NCBI RefSeq assembly: GCF_963921235.1
Contig: NC_086108.1
Coordinates: forward strand, 74,650,001 to 74,714,000
Length of the DNA: 64,000 bases
Reading direction: 5' to 3'
Source: Mobula hypostoma
Taxonomy: Eukaryota
Part shown: positions 38,991-51,479 of the stretch, in pieces
How the letters are laid out: every line of letters begins with the position of its first letter
Position numbering within the stretch: the first letter of the stretch is position 1
The notes under the pieces: generated by a model
What the model saw: the letters and a program-made list of their open reading frames with translations, nothing else
Database searches by the model: none
Told to the model about the DNA's origin: nothing
Position numbers and translations under genes: made by a program

Positions 38991-39849
38991 GTCTCGGCCT
39001 GAAACGTCGACTGCGCCTCTTCCTATAGATGCTGCCTGGCCTGCTGCGTTCACCAGCAACTTTGATGTGTGTTGCTTGAATTTCCAGCATCTGCAGAATT
39101 CCTGTTGTTTGATAATAAATCGGATTCTGGTTCAAAAGGTGGACAGTTTCCATTATATGTAGCTGGTGATGAGAGAGACCAAAGGATCAAGGCACTACAG
39201 CCAATCGCCAGTAACAGCATGTATCCCCCATGCCACCCACGAAGCACCCTGAATCCCACATCTGAGTGCTGAGTGGCTAAGCTGCTCATCCTGGTTTGCT
39301 TAACTCCAGATCTCATTATCAACCTCTCCACACCATATCTCATTGTCAACCTTTCCACACCAAGCTGTTGGTAATTCATGGCTACAAAAGTGCAGTGGAG
39401 GACATAAATGTGGGCCAGGGTTCCTGGACCTAGGTTCCCTTCTCAGCAGTTGGAACAGGAAGCAGGACGAGGGACTTGTATCAGTTCATGGCATTGTACT
39501 GGCCACAGCAGGGGCTTGTGCCATGTTTTAGCACACTATATCCCAAAACAAAATTCTGTTTTGGCCCCTTTTGGCGTGTATTCCATTAATGATCTTAATC
39601 CTGTGAGTGTATTATTTGTCCTGTACAAAGTGTCAGTTCAAGTCACCAGGCCTTGGATGAAGTCTTTCCCAGCTACAAAGAGAGAAAGTGGCAGAGACTC
39701 TGACATCTGTGGCTATAAGGCCTCTGCTAAGGGATTGGAACACTGCTGCTGATCATCATTGTCTAAAAAGAGAGGCAAGAATAAACTGAACTATTACAGA
39801 TGGTTAATTAAACTTCTGTGGTGGGCAGAATAAACACTCCTGTAAGGAG

Positions 39850-40010
39850 GACACAGATAAATCCCAGTCAGTTGGCATGTATTTCTTAAGGAAAGATTAT
39901 TTCTAGCTAACTTGATTGAAATAACAAGGAGGATTAATGAAGGCAGTGCATTTAATGTGTATGTAGACTTTGGCGAGGCTTTTTGGCAAAATTCCACTAG
40001 GCAAACTGAT
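39850..40010 (+). mobile_element. Old CR1 RT fragment
   Basis: Degenerate SQHGF..G.SCL.NLIE...VYVDF..AF.K motifs. Confidence 0.55.
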
Positions 40011-40521
40011 TAGAATTGCACTAATTCAGGTAAATACATTTCTTTCAGAGCTTAAAGGCAGTGTGAGTGAGCAATTCTGCTGAATAATTCAATTTTCTGT
40101 TGTTTTCAGATCTCCAGCACTTTCAGTTTATCGGTTTTAATTTTGAATAATTAGAATACCTTGATCTGGCAATTCCACAAAGCACAGATTTTATGCCTAC
40201 ACAGTAATGTTCATAGATTTACTGTAGTTGTGAAATAGTTATTACAGGTAATTAACAGCTACAGTGGAGCTGATCCAAACTCCTGGATGCCGATCAAAAA
40301 TAGATTATTTCTTTTTCCTGCCATTTGAATGATATGTTGGCACTTTTACTTAAAAGTGAAAGAGCAAGGGATTTTATCAGGAGACTTAATATGTAAAAGA
40401 TATTTAGACCATTTAGCTATCACCATGATGCCTTTATGGGAGATTTTTAACTTGATGGTTTCGGTTCAGGAAGCACCTGTGGAGGGAGAAGGTTAATTGA
40501 TCAGATTGATAAGTTATTATT

Positions 40522-40630
40522 AGTTGCCTGATGAAAGATCATCAACCTGAAATGTTAACATTTCCACACGTGCAGCTTGACTGGCTGAGTATTTTGTATT
40601 TTTATTTCCTACTTTCAGTACTTGGATTTT
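40522..40630 (+). mobile_element. Old Penelope pLTR remnant retaining hammerhead core letters
   Basis: agttgcCTGATGAaagatcatcaacctGAAAtGTTaac followed by a degenerate 3' domain; the helices are disrupted. Confidence 0.55.
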
Positions 40631-40701
40631 TTTTTTACTTTGTTTCCATGTGTCTATCTTTTGTTGGACAATTGTGTCCAGCTCACTTGGTTACTGAATT
40701 T

Positions 40702-41197
40702 ATATTCAGTGGCCAGTTTATTAGGTACAGGAGTGGAACCCAGTGTGGTCTTCTGCTGCTGTTTCCCATCCACTTCAAATCTTGATACGTCTTGCATTTA
40801 GAGATTCTCTTCTGCACATCATGGTTGTAATATACGGTCATTTGCCTTCCTATCAGCTTGAACCAGTTTGGCCATTCTCCTCTGACCCCTCTCATTAATG
40901 AGGCCTTTTCTCCCACCAAACAGCTGCTCACTGGATGTTTTTTTGTACCATTCTCTGTAAACTCTAGAGGCTGCTATATGTGAAAATCCCAGGAGATCAG
41001 CAGTTTTTGAGATGCTCAAACCACCCTGTCTGGCATTCCAAGGTCAAAGTCACTTGAATCACAGTTCTTCCCCATTCTGATGTTTGGTCTGAAGAACAAC
41101 TGAACCTCTTGACCATGTCTGCATATTTTTAGGCATTGAGTTGCTGCCACATGATTTGCTGATTAGATATTTGCATAAACAAGGTGTACAAGTGGCT
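40702..41197 (-). mobile_element. Tc1-like non-autonomous element with transposase N-terminal remnant
   Basis: Left end attcagtggccagtttattaggtac, right end aagtggctgctgggtgta; minus ORFs SISKTADLLGFSHIAASRVYREW...RGQRRMAKLVQADRKA and MGNSSRRPHWVPLL. Confidence 0.8.
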
Positions 41198-41710
41198 GCT
41201 GGGTGTATGTTGGTCTTAAACAGCAGTACAAAGTTAGTGATATAAGCTAGTGGGTGGCTTATCAATCTGCCATAGTTTCTATTTCTATTGAAGTTATTGG
41301 ATGAGATTATAAGTAACCAGCTGATTCATTCTGTCTGTTTTGTGTTGCTGTCCAAGGTTAATTTCATTTCTATTGTATCTTTAGTTGATATTTTAACATG
41401 CAAGAAAGTAAGTAATATTCAAACAATTACACCAATTAGATCTAGTTTCAGGGTAATAGCTGAATGAGACCTGCTTTAGAGCAGCCTGAATAACTTTCCG
41501 CAGTGGCTTCGTACTTAGACTTTTTATTTAATAAACTTTTCTCCCCAACTTAGCCATCCTTATGAATTATCTGGACATGAAAGTTATTTTTTTTAGTCAT
41601 TTTAATACCAAAACGTGTTTTAAATCATAATTAGATCATTAATGGCCAATGGTATATGTAATGTATGGATATATTTCTTTTAAATAGACCTATTTAACCA
41701 ATAGACCAAA

Positions 41711-41785
41711 TTTAACCAATTTCCCCCAGGATCAATAAAGTATGACTATGACCATGGCTCTGACTCTGACTATGACTATGACTAA
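41711..41785 (+). mobile_element. Extremely truncated non-LTR 3' end with (TATGAC)n tail
   Basis: aatttcccccaggatcaataaagtatgactatgaccatggctctgactctgactatgactatgact. Confidence 0.6.
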
Positions 41786-42539
41786 AGCAATTGATCCTCC
41801 CCTTAGCACTGTTGTCTGCACATGTGCTGTTGTCTACGCATGCACATTGCTTCTCTGTCTCTGTGTGTCTCTCTGTCTCGTGAATTCACCAGTTAAAGCC
41901 GTCAACTGCGTGGGTGCTTTTATTTAATTGATATGAACTTGCGTACAGACACAATACTGTTCTTGGAATTCGTTCTTAATTTTTGGGGATATTACCCAAT
42001 TTGAAATAATTAATGGGTCCAAATGATTGATTTAAAAGCAAAAAAGCAATTAAATTACTCTTTTAAGATAGTAGCTGTTGAATTTCTGTGACTCTCTGTA
42101 GCTTGTCCATTGAAACTTGAATGAAGGAACCTACAAGGTACTGTAATGGTGCCCATAATTGCATGCAGTTTCATAAATTTAGCCTTTAAACCACTGAAGT
42201 ATAAAAGAAACAAGCTACAGCACAGCAATATTCCTGTCAAGAACAAAAGCTGTCTGGCATTCTGAAAAGCATAGATTTGGCTAATTCTGTGGTTTATGTT
42301 CTGCTTAAACGGCTGATGACAGCCGTAGTTCTATGTAACAAGGGTCCTTAGGGGAAACATTTACTTTGGTGGCACAGATGTTAGATTGTATTTTCTAAAA
42401 ATAAGACTACCATAATGTAGTATGATCTTCAGTTATTTTGCCATCAATAATCTCACATACTTAATCCACTTCCAATCTCTTCCACCTACAGTCTGCTTCC
42501 AAGATATTTCACCATCCTGATTCTACTGCTGATGCAGGT

Positions 42540-43665
42540 TTCAAGATCATTTAATGTCATTTCCTGTACACAAGTGTAAAAGAGAACAAAATCATTGTTA
42601 CTCCAGCTCTAATGCAGCACAAAAAAACCCCACAAAAGATTAAAAAAACACAATAACTATAAATACATAAGATAGCTTATATACATAGACTGATTGTATA
42701 CAGGAGTGCCTGTACATCAGGTGACTGACAGGAAAGTAGTGGTTGCTGGGGATGTGGAAGGGTGTGTTAGTGGATGGAGATGTTGATCAGCCTTACTGCT
42801 TGAGGAAGTAACTGTCTTTGAGTCTTGTGGTTCTGTTGTGGATGCTACACAGCCTCTTTCCTGATGGGAGTGGGAGAAACAGTCCATGAGCTGGGTGGGT
42901 GGGATCCTAGATGATGTTAGCCACCCTTTTCCAGCACCTTTCTGTATCCTTGATGCCAGGTAGGCTGCTGTTGGAGATTCATTCCGTAGTTTTGGCTACC
43001 CGTTGTAGACCTTTCCTGGTTGCTGCAGTGCAGTTTCCGTACTGTGCAGTGATGCAGCTTGTGGGGATGCTCTCTACTGCACATCTGTAGAGTGACATGA
43101 ATATGGATGTGTAAAGTCCGGCTCTCTTCAGCCTCCTCAGAAAGCAGAGGCATTGGTGAGCTTTCCTGACTGTGGCTGATATCTTCCCGAGTCATGAGAG
43201 GTTGTGTGACACAAGAGGTACTGCAGATGTTGGAAAACTATAGTAATACACACGATGTGCTGGAGGAGCTCAGCAGGTCAGGCAGCATCTAGGGATGGGA
43301 AGAAACAGTTGACATTCCAGGCCAAGACCCTTCATCAGGACTCTGTGAGAAATGTGCACTCCCAGGAGTTTGAAACTGCTGTGCTGCTGATGTTAAGGGC
43401 TGTGTGAGTGTTACAAGTTCTCCTGAAGTCTATAACCATCTCCTTTGTCTTGCCAACATTGAGAAAGAGATTATTTGCTTGTTACCAGGCCTTGAGCTCT
43501 CCACATCTTCTCTGTAGGCTGTGGATTGTTGCTGGTGATGAGACCCATCACTGTCGTGTCATTAGACAATGTTATTAGCTGTGCAGTCATGTGTGAGCAA
43601 AGTGTACTGAAATGGGCTCAGCACACAGCCTTGGGGGTGGGGGGCATCTGTGTTGAGGATGAAGG
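42540..43665 (-). mobile_element. Rex1/Babar-like LINE (same subfamily as the 34890 copy), interrupted by a pLTR
   Basis: Collinear with 34890-35790. Confidence 0.8.
43210..43343 (-). mobile_element. Solo Penelope pLTR inserted in the Rex LINE
   Basis: Minus strand gagtcCTGATGAagggtcttggcctgGAAtGTCaactg...catctgcagtacctcttgtg; tgtga occurs on both flanks. Confidence 0.8.
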
Positions 43666-43964
43666 GGAGGGGAGAACAGTTGAGCAACCTGATTTCATTC
43701 TTTCAAATGGTTTTGTTTTCCTGTGGATTTATAATTACTGCTAGTTTACTTCAAAGCTCGAGTCATGGACTTGCAATTGTTTATGTTAGTTGTGTTGGAG
43801 ATGGCAAAGATTGCGGAGGAGATGTTGTTGCCAATCTGAGCTGACTCCGAAACGGTAGGGCACTAAGGAATGTTGGTGAACAGAAAGGCCCAAGTTCATT
43901 GTTAACTGAAAGAGGAAACACAGGTGGTGAAATAAGAATAAGACTGCACTGCACATGCCTTCAT

Positions 43965-44525
43965 ACATTGGGTCATAGAATTTATAAGAGTTATACTGCA
44001 ACTTTACAAAACCCTGGTCAGGCCACCCTAGGTGTTGTGGTTACTGCAATATAACAAGGATGTGATTGCTCTGGAGATAGTGCAGAATGTTGGCTGAACT
44101 GGAGGACTTTAGTTATAGGGAGAGAATAAGTAGAGCTTGTTTTTCCATGGATGCAAGGAGACTGAGGAGTGGCCTGATAGAAGTATATAAGATTTTGAGA
44201 GGCATAGATGGGATAGATATCAAAATCTTTTTCCCTTGGTAGGGGGTATCAAAAACAAGAGGACATAGATTAAAGTGAGAATAAGGAGTTTTGAAGAGGA
44301 TATGAAGGGTAAGTTTTTTTTTAAAAAGGGGATAATTGCTACCTAGAACCCCCTGCTAGAGGAGTTGCAGGAATCGGATACAATTACAGTGTTTCAGAGG
44401 CATTTAAATAGGCAAGGCATATTTGCCCACGTTAAGTACACATTTCTATTATGGACAAATGGGTTTCATAGAGATGACTGGCATGGTTCTAGTGGGCCAA
44501 AGGGCCTGTTTCAGTTTGTATGACC
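43965..44525 (+). mobile_element. CR1 3' fragment
   Basis: Degenerate IEFISR.VILQLYKTLVRP region and tail gtgggccaaagggcctgtttc. Confidence 0.75.
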
Positions 44526-46000
44526 ATGATATTATTTTGGCCATTCAAAGTTTATGAATAGATTTCCTCAAATAGTTACAAATTGTTGGTATACTTGATA
44601 TTTACTTTTTCCCAATGCGAATAAGGTAAATCCTCCATGGTCAAAAAATGCAAGTAATTTGAAGGCTGAAATCAAAATAAAAAATGCTGAAGGTAGGTGG
44701 CTGATCAATTTACACCTGTGAAGATACCAGCCCATCAAACTTTCAGTACAAAACTCTCTTCCTGCTCTGTGGAAGAACCTGATAATTGGATAAAAAGTCA
44801 ACAGTAGTCTTGTCTTCTTCATTCACATATTATCCTCTAGTGATGATGTGCAGAAGCCCAAGGTTAGCTTTCTCATGTATAATCTGAAAACAGTTTACTG
44901 AGTAGCCAGTTAGTAGTTTTTCTGTCATCACTAGTATTATAATAGGTTTGAGTGGTCTAATAATGAGAAAATTACTAGGTTCTTTTCCAGCATACTGAGA
45001 AATTCTGCTCTACTCAACATTAATATTTGAAATAAAATCACAGTAGACTCATTTAAACTTTAACAAATAAACAAATAAAAATGAATATAATCTGATATTT
45101 AAAAAAACTTGCATATACAGTATTTGAAAATTGAAATAACAGCTGTTCTATCCATAAGTGTAAAGAATAAGGGTGGATTCATGTATCAGGGAGAACACCT
45201 TTCTTTAGAGTTGTACTAAATCTAGATGATTAGGTGAAAATACATTAGTGGTACAATCCCATAAATGGAAAGAATATATCAAGCTGTGAGTTTAATGTAA
45301 ACAATTTTCTCTGCTAACACAATTGACCTAAAATAACAGAGCCACGTGTACATAGTATATTAAATACAACTCACAAATAGAATTCTTTCAATTCTTCTAC
45401 TTAATGTATGATAATAACTGTGGGTTTGTCATTTGTGTTGGAGTTTTACCTCCACAGCTCTATGGTTTAACAGCTGTTGAATGTAAACAGCCAAAGATGG
45501 CACAATTAAGTCAGATTGAGCCAGGGGCATAAATTTTGATTAAGCTCTTGCTTGCTCTTTAACCATGTGAATGCTGAACTACTTTTGTTAAACTTTGTGG
45601 AAAATTTATTGAATCATTTGTACCAAAAGGAGAGTTTTATGTTAAAAATATTTATGGAAAGACATTTCATCTTTTACTACGATAAATTTTCTTACTGTAA
45701 GTTACACCAAAGATTTTCTTAATTCTTTATCTCATATGTTGCAACCATCTTCACCAGGTCTGCAGGTGGCCCAATCAATTAAATGTTGCTCCCCGGGTAA
45801 GCCATTGAAAAAAATGTACTGATATTTAAGTTTTTGTTCGGCTTTAAGTGCAATCCTTAAAACGAGGAGCTGAAGTGAGCTGTAAGAGGTAGTGGTACAG
45901 GCAGATATAATTACAACTTCCACATTTGCACAGATATTTGAAGAGTAGAGTGATTATGGGCCTAACGTGTGCAAGTGGGAGTAGTGTAGATGAGCTTTGT

Positions 46001-46782
46001 CAGCAGTCCCCAACCACCTGGCCGCGGACCGGTACCAAGCCGCAAAGCATGTGCTACCGGGCCGTGAGGAAACGATATGAGTCAGCTGCACCTTTCCTCA
46101 TTCCCTGTCACGCACTGTTGAACTTGAACATAGGGTTGCCAACTGTCCCGTATTTGCCAGGACATCCCGTATATTGGGCTAAATTGGTTTGTCCCGTATT
46201 TCCCCCTCTAAGGTAGAATGTTCCTATGAAGCCTTTCGTGCCGAATTGGCGTAAAGCGAAGAAGCAATTACCGTTAATTTATATGGGAAAAATTTTTGAG
46301 CGTTCTCAGAACCAAAAAATAACCTAACAAATCATACCAAATAACACATAAAACTGAAAATAAATAACACTAACATATAGTAAAAGCAGGAATGATATGA
46401 TAACTACACAGCCTATATAAAGTAGAAATAATGTATGTACAGTATAGTCAGGAAGATGAAGGCAAAACCAATTTGCAGGGAAAAAAAATCGGCACGTACG
46501 CGCATCACGTCACGCATGTGCACATCACATGTGCACACAGGTGACTGCACAAGGCTTCATGGTCATGGTAGTCTTTCCTGGGGTAAAGTGTCCCGGGATT
46601 TGACTGCTACTTTTGTCCCTTATTTGGGAGTGAGAAAGTTGGCAGCACTAACTGTAAAAGACATGTTGAGATGAGTTTAATCCTACTTGAGCACCCCCCC
46701 CCCCACCCCCAGTCGGCCGGTCTGCAAGAATATTGTCATTATTAAACGGGTCCGTAGTGCAAAAAAAGGTTGGGGACCCCTG
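46001..46782. mobile_element. hAT-like composite non-autonomous element inserted in a CR1 tail
   Basis: TIRs cagcagtccccaacc / ggttggggacccctg; imperfect 8-bp TSD agctttgt / ggctatgt; the CR1 tail resumes across it. Confidence 0.8.
46131..46650. mobile_element. Internal TIR element nested in the hAT element
   Basis: tagggttgccaact ... agttggcagcacta inverted ends with repeated gtccc/gtcccg subterminal motifs. Confidence 0.6.
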
Positions 46783-49700
46783 GGCTATGTGGTTGACATG
46801 GACACTGTGGGCTGATGGGCCTTTCTGTACCATTCCATGGCACTATGATTACAAATTATAAGAACATAAATTTCAGATTGTGGCAAATGTATTTATTGTG
46901 GCAATGGATGGTAATATAGTTAGATCTCATAGCTCTACCTTTGGTGTAAGCTGTTTACAGACTGATCTGACTGTGAACACAGATTGATATTTACCTGGGT
47001 TGATAGGCCCCTCATATAATTACTGATAATCTAATCATGCTTTCCAGGTGTGTATTTTATTTGTTGAAAATACATAGTATTAAAAAATCCTTCAGTGAAG
47101 TCTTCATTTGAACTTCATACATTCATCTCTGTAGACATAAATTGAATTTAATATGATTCAAGCTCCTTTAACGTTCCAGAACAGGTCTAGACAGATTTGT
47201 GACCGTTTTGCCAGAGCCCACACCTACACAAACAACTTATGAAAGTGATGGTTTTCCCAAAATCAATTGTCTTAAAGAAATCCATTCAATGTTGCTGTAA
47301 GACTTACATTCTGGAAATAGGGAGTATTATAAAAATTAACCTTATCGCGAGCATTCTAGTGCTGGCAGTTTTTATATTGTTACTGTTTAATTTGGAGTTT
47401 TGCTCTGAATTGTTCACTGGAGTTTAGCAGTTCCTTTGTACCTATGACAGAATATGAACAATATTGTCCATTAATTTATCCACAGGATACAAAAACTTGA
47501 TTGAAAAATGTAAATTCTGGGAGCTGGTTTATTGCATTGCTGATTGCTTGCAATCTGATTGGCATTAATATCAAAACAGCTTGAGGCAATGGATTTGTAT
47601 TCTGAATCTAATTAGGCTTTCTCTTCTAATCTCTAAGAGTCTAGGATTAAATTCAGTGATCTGGAATATATATGAACCTTTTCTTTTGTCACTTTAATCT
47701 AGTGGTTATTTGAGCGTACAGCTCTCAAATTACAGTTGGTAGTTTGAATGCCCTTTGAACTTTCCTATCACATCTGATTGGAGGGTTTCAATTTATCTGA
47801 CAAAGTGTAAGCAACTAGGGAGTAATTTTTGCTCTTAAATCTGAATCCCTTCAAGTTTGTATGTCATTTCGCAAGAGGTTCTAGAGTGATAGAGTAAGAA
47901 AGCAGTGAAATGGGCCCTTTGGCCCACCATGTCTGCACTGACCGCTTGCACTTTACAATTGTCAGCTGACGTACCACTCAGCATACCTCTGGCATATGGG
48001 AGGAAATGAGTGACCTTTACATAATTCCACCTGGGCAGCTGCCTAGCTCAAGTTCTGAGGGTCCTGTGTATTTATGACTAAAATTTTCGGACAAAAATAT
48101 TCAAGTCAAGTGCCTGATATTTTATGATGGTTTAGTTCAAATAATTCATTTCCTTCCTCTTTACTGGAATCTATAATTTTTTTTTAGCATATTTGAGTTT
48201 ATCTTTAAGGCCTTGAAATGAACGGCAGTAATAGTTGCAAAACTCCTGCGGTTACATTTTCTAAGACTTGCACTGCCTCTCCAGCGTTAATGATGGCTTT
48301 GTGAGTTAAACTTTCAATTTCATGCATAATGAAACCTAAAGAACAAATATGGCATGACTGTTATGTTTCAATCAGGTTCCAGCAGGAGGTATTGAGATTT
48401 TCAGGAACTTACAGCACAACTTGCCAGCAGTAATGTGCAGGGCATAGAGTTTAACAAAATTTCAGGTCAATATTTTCAATCAATTCCAGAATTTTATTAC
48501 TCACTAAATACTTACTTTTGTATACTTTTTTATGGAGCAAAGTATTGCTGTGGTTTGAAAGTTATGAGGGAGAGTTGTACGAAAAATATTAGTTGCACTC
48601 GGGTTTTATTGAAGTTAAAATACGTTAGTGAGTTACATTTAACTTTGATCGAAACCTCCTGGCTTGCAGCCCAGGACCAGTTCTAAATCATGTGGTGAAA
48701 GTTTTCATAATGGAATAGGATGGGACTGAATAACTCAGCATTGTTCTTAGTAAACCAGCTGTTTCAAGTTCAATGGGTGCAAACCAACCTGGGTTGCTGT
48801 GGATTATGTATACTGAGCAGTAGTATTCAATTTACGTTCTATTCATTTATCCCCTGTGGTGTTGCACTCAGGAAGCCAAAACCAAATGTTGTCTTCAGGT
48901 GAATCAGAAGGAGGGAATAGAGTATAAATTGAACAGGGTATACAGATGCAATTTAGTGTTGATTGAAGTGTAGGTGGTTCTCTCTGGTGCAGAGTGAGGA
49001 ATGAGCAGACAAGGATGGTACAGTGTCACACTTGGCAGCAGAGTGTAATTAATGCCTGAATAGTTTATGTAGGCAGTGTCCATTATAAATGCAGGCTCAG
49101 GAAATTATAAGTGAAAACTTGATGGGAAATGCTTTCAGATGGATTTTTGTTTGGTTTGATATTTTAAACTGACCTTGGAATTTATTGCTACCCAGAGAGG
49201 CTCCATTAATGTCTTACCACTGAATATTTTGGACAGGGTCCCACCACTTGAAAATTTAGTATCATCCAAGCAAGGGCTTTGCTTGCTGTGTCAGTGCAGG
49301 TTACATGGAGAAAAAAACAGGTCAGCTGGCTTGAGTTGGAGCTCGTGGGAGAGACAGGTTGGAGTTAAGTGGATTTGGGGTAGTATGGAATGGTAATGGA
49401 TTCAGATGAGAGTCATTTTGATAGGTGATGCTGGAGCCCGTTGTCACTAGTGAAGAGTATTGGATGGGTTGCTGAGCTGCATGTCTCTAACAGAGTCAGT
49501 AAGGGTGTGATATCACAAGTGGTTGGTACACATTGTTGGGCAAAGGGTGGGGGTAATTAGGGTTGTCGATTAGATTGGAGAGGGGAAGCTAAAGGTGAAT
49601 AAGTAAGTTAAAAGTTAAAGGGAACCTGGAAAACTTAGAAGACCTTCTTTAAGTCTTGCTGCTGCTGACTAAGCAGGGTTATTTAAACCTGATTGGGTTG

Positions 49701-51479
49701 AGTGCCCACGGGCAGGAAAGTTTCTGAAAAACTAACTTTTCTCAGTATCACCCTAAATCAGCATTGTATGGGAAATGGCATCATTGCTTGCAAACAGAAC
49801 ATGAAAACACATGATGGTAAGTGCCCATAAGAATTTTTGGAATGGCAGAATTTGACCAAAAACTATCATAACTATGTTCTACTCTGGAAGGAAGTGATTT
49901 CTGCACATGCAGTGCGATGAACACCACGCTACAAAACTGAGTTTTAGGCTATTCAGGATTAATCCTTGCTCTTTTTGGGAGAGGAAATTGTTTTAGTAGG
50001 TGCTATCAGAGTAAGATGGATGTGTAATTGCAGTGTATTTGTAAGTGGTCACACACAGCTACTGTTTATTGGTGATGGTGGGAAAGAATGTTTAGTGTGC
50101 ATCAATCAAGTGGGCTGCTTAGTCCTAGATGCAGTCAGTGTTGGCGCTACTGCCTTCCAAGCAAGTCAAAAAAGAATCTGTCGCACCCTGACTTGTGCCA
50201 TTCTAGGTGAATGGAGAGAGTTTGGATATCACATTTTTATGTGGTTGCTCCATTTGGATTTCTGGACAGTGATGACCCCCGCCCCCAACACCACCAGACC
50301 TGCTTCTCAGAACTTTTCTGTTTTCATCAAACTATTCCTCATTACCTTCATGCTTTCTGAAATACTTAATTCGTATGATGTGGTTGTATGGAATGTCTAA
50401 AACGGGAATAAGGCCATGGGAACTCTCAAGAGCACTGCTAGGGATAGTGGGCACTGATACTCAGCTGCAGATGTACTAGAACAGCTATATGGTTCTGGGT
50501 TATTTGACCACAGATAGTCAAATGAGTTCTGCAAACTCATTGGCACAAAGGACCATGGTTTCACTAAATGGGAATGCAACACAAAGTTTCTATTCCCAAG
50601 CCTTGGTGCCACCTGTTTTTAAAGTATAACACATGCGAATAAAAGATGCCTAATACTTTAACAAGTGTATAAGCACTCTCATAACATTAAGCTAATGTGA
50701 CAATTACGGTAAATGTTAGTTAAGCTCCACTGAATTATATTACTGCAGCTGCCACTGTCAATATTTTTGGCTACAATTGCAATCATTATATTTCCTCTAA
50801 TCAATGTTTACATTTTTCATGATATAGTTTACAAATTAAAATGCATTCATGATTATATTGTAGATGTGATTAAATTATAATTAATTACATTTGTTTTTCC
50901 CTTTAACCGTTTGCATGCTTCATTTTCTTTGTTGATGGCGATGTTGAGAAAACTCCTATTAGAGAAAAAAAACCCATTTGTCTATGAAGACATGATATTA
51001 TTATTATTATTATTACAGAAAACCTGCAGAAATATTTGCATATTTTAAAATATGCAAATATGAACGATATGATTTTATTTCACCATTGGATCCTATATTT
51101 CCAACTCACAATGATGGGCTGAATTATGTGTTTGAGCTACAAGGGTTAACTATAGAATCAATTTCAAAACAGTAATCTGGTTTTTAGAGCCCATAAAGAT
51201 ACAAAGAAATACTATATTTGTCCAAATTCAGTCCTATTTGACAGTGCTATTCAGAGCAGGAATGGTAGGTATTGGATGTTGCACAAATGTGTTTGAGTTA
51301 CGGTTATCACTGAAGGAAATGCATATTGCATTAATCTTGCACCTTACCTGGTTTGTGTGGTCATTGAGACAGACACTGAGTGTAGTGAAACATATCATCC
51401 CAACTTTGATATATTTTACAATTGTGTATATACCTTAGCACCTGTTGAATTTAATTGAAGAACTGTGAATGGTGAATGT

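Larger units (their letters stand above)
37663..39109 (-). mobile_element. Young Penelope-like element (Neptune-type), 5' truncated, with inverted partial pLTR
   Basis: Body on minus strand 38990 to 37663; inverted pLTR copy 38991-39109; 15-bp TSD tgataataaatcgga at 37648-37662 and 39110-39124; inserted in a Rex-like tail. Confidence 0.95.

Noticed and set aside
38991..39059. N-terminus MLVNAAGQAASIGRG of the 316-aa ORF, and similar ORFs at 30019-30334 and 37586-38155
   Set aside because: These are translations of the non-coding inverted pLTR. Real PLE coding similarity starts at about 38990 (FHPALKF).
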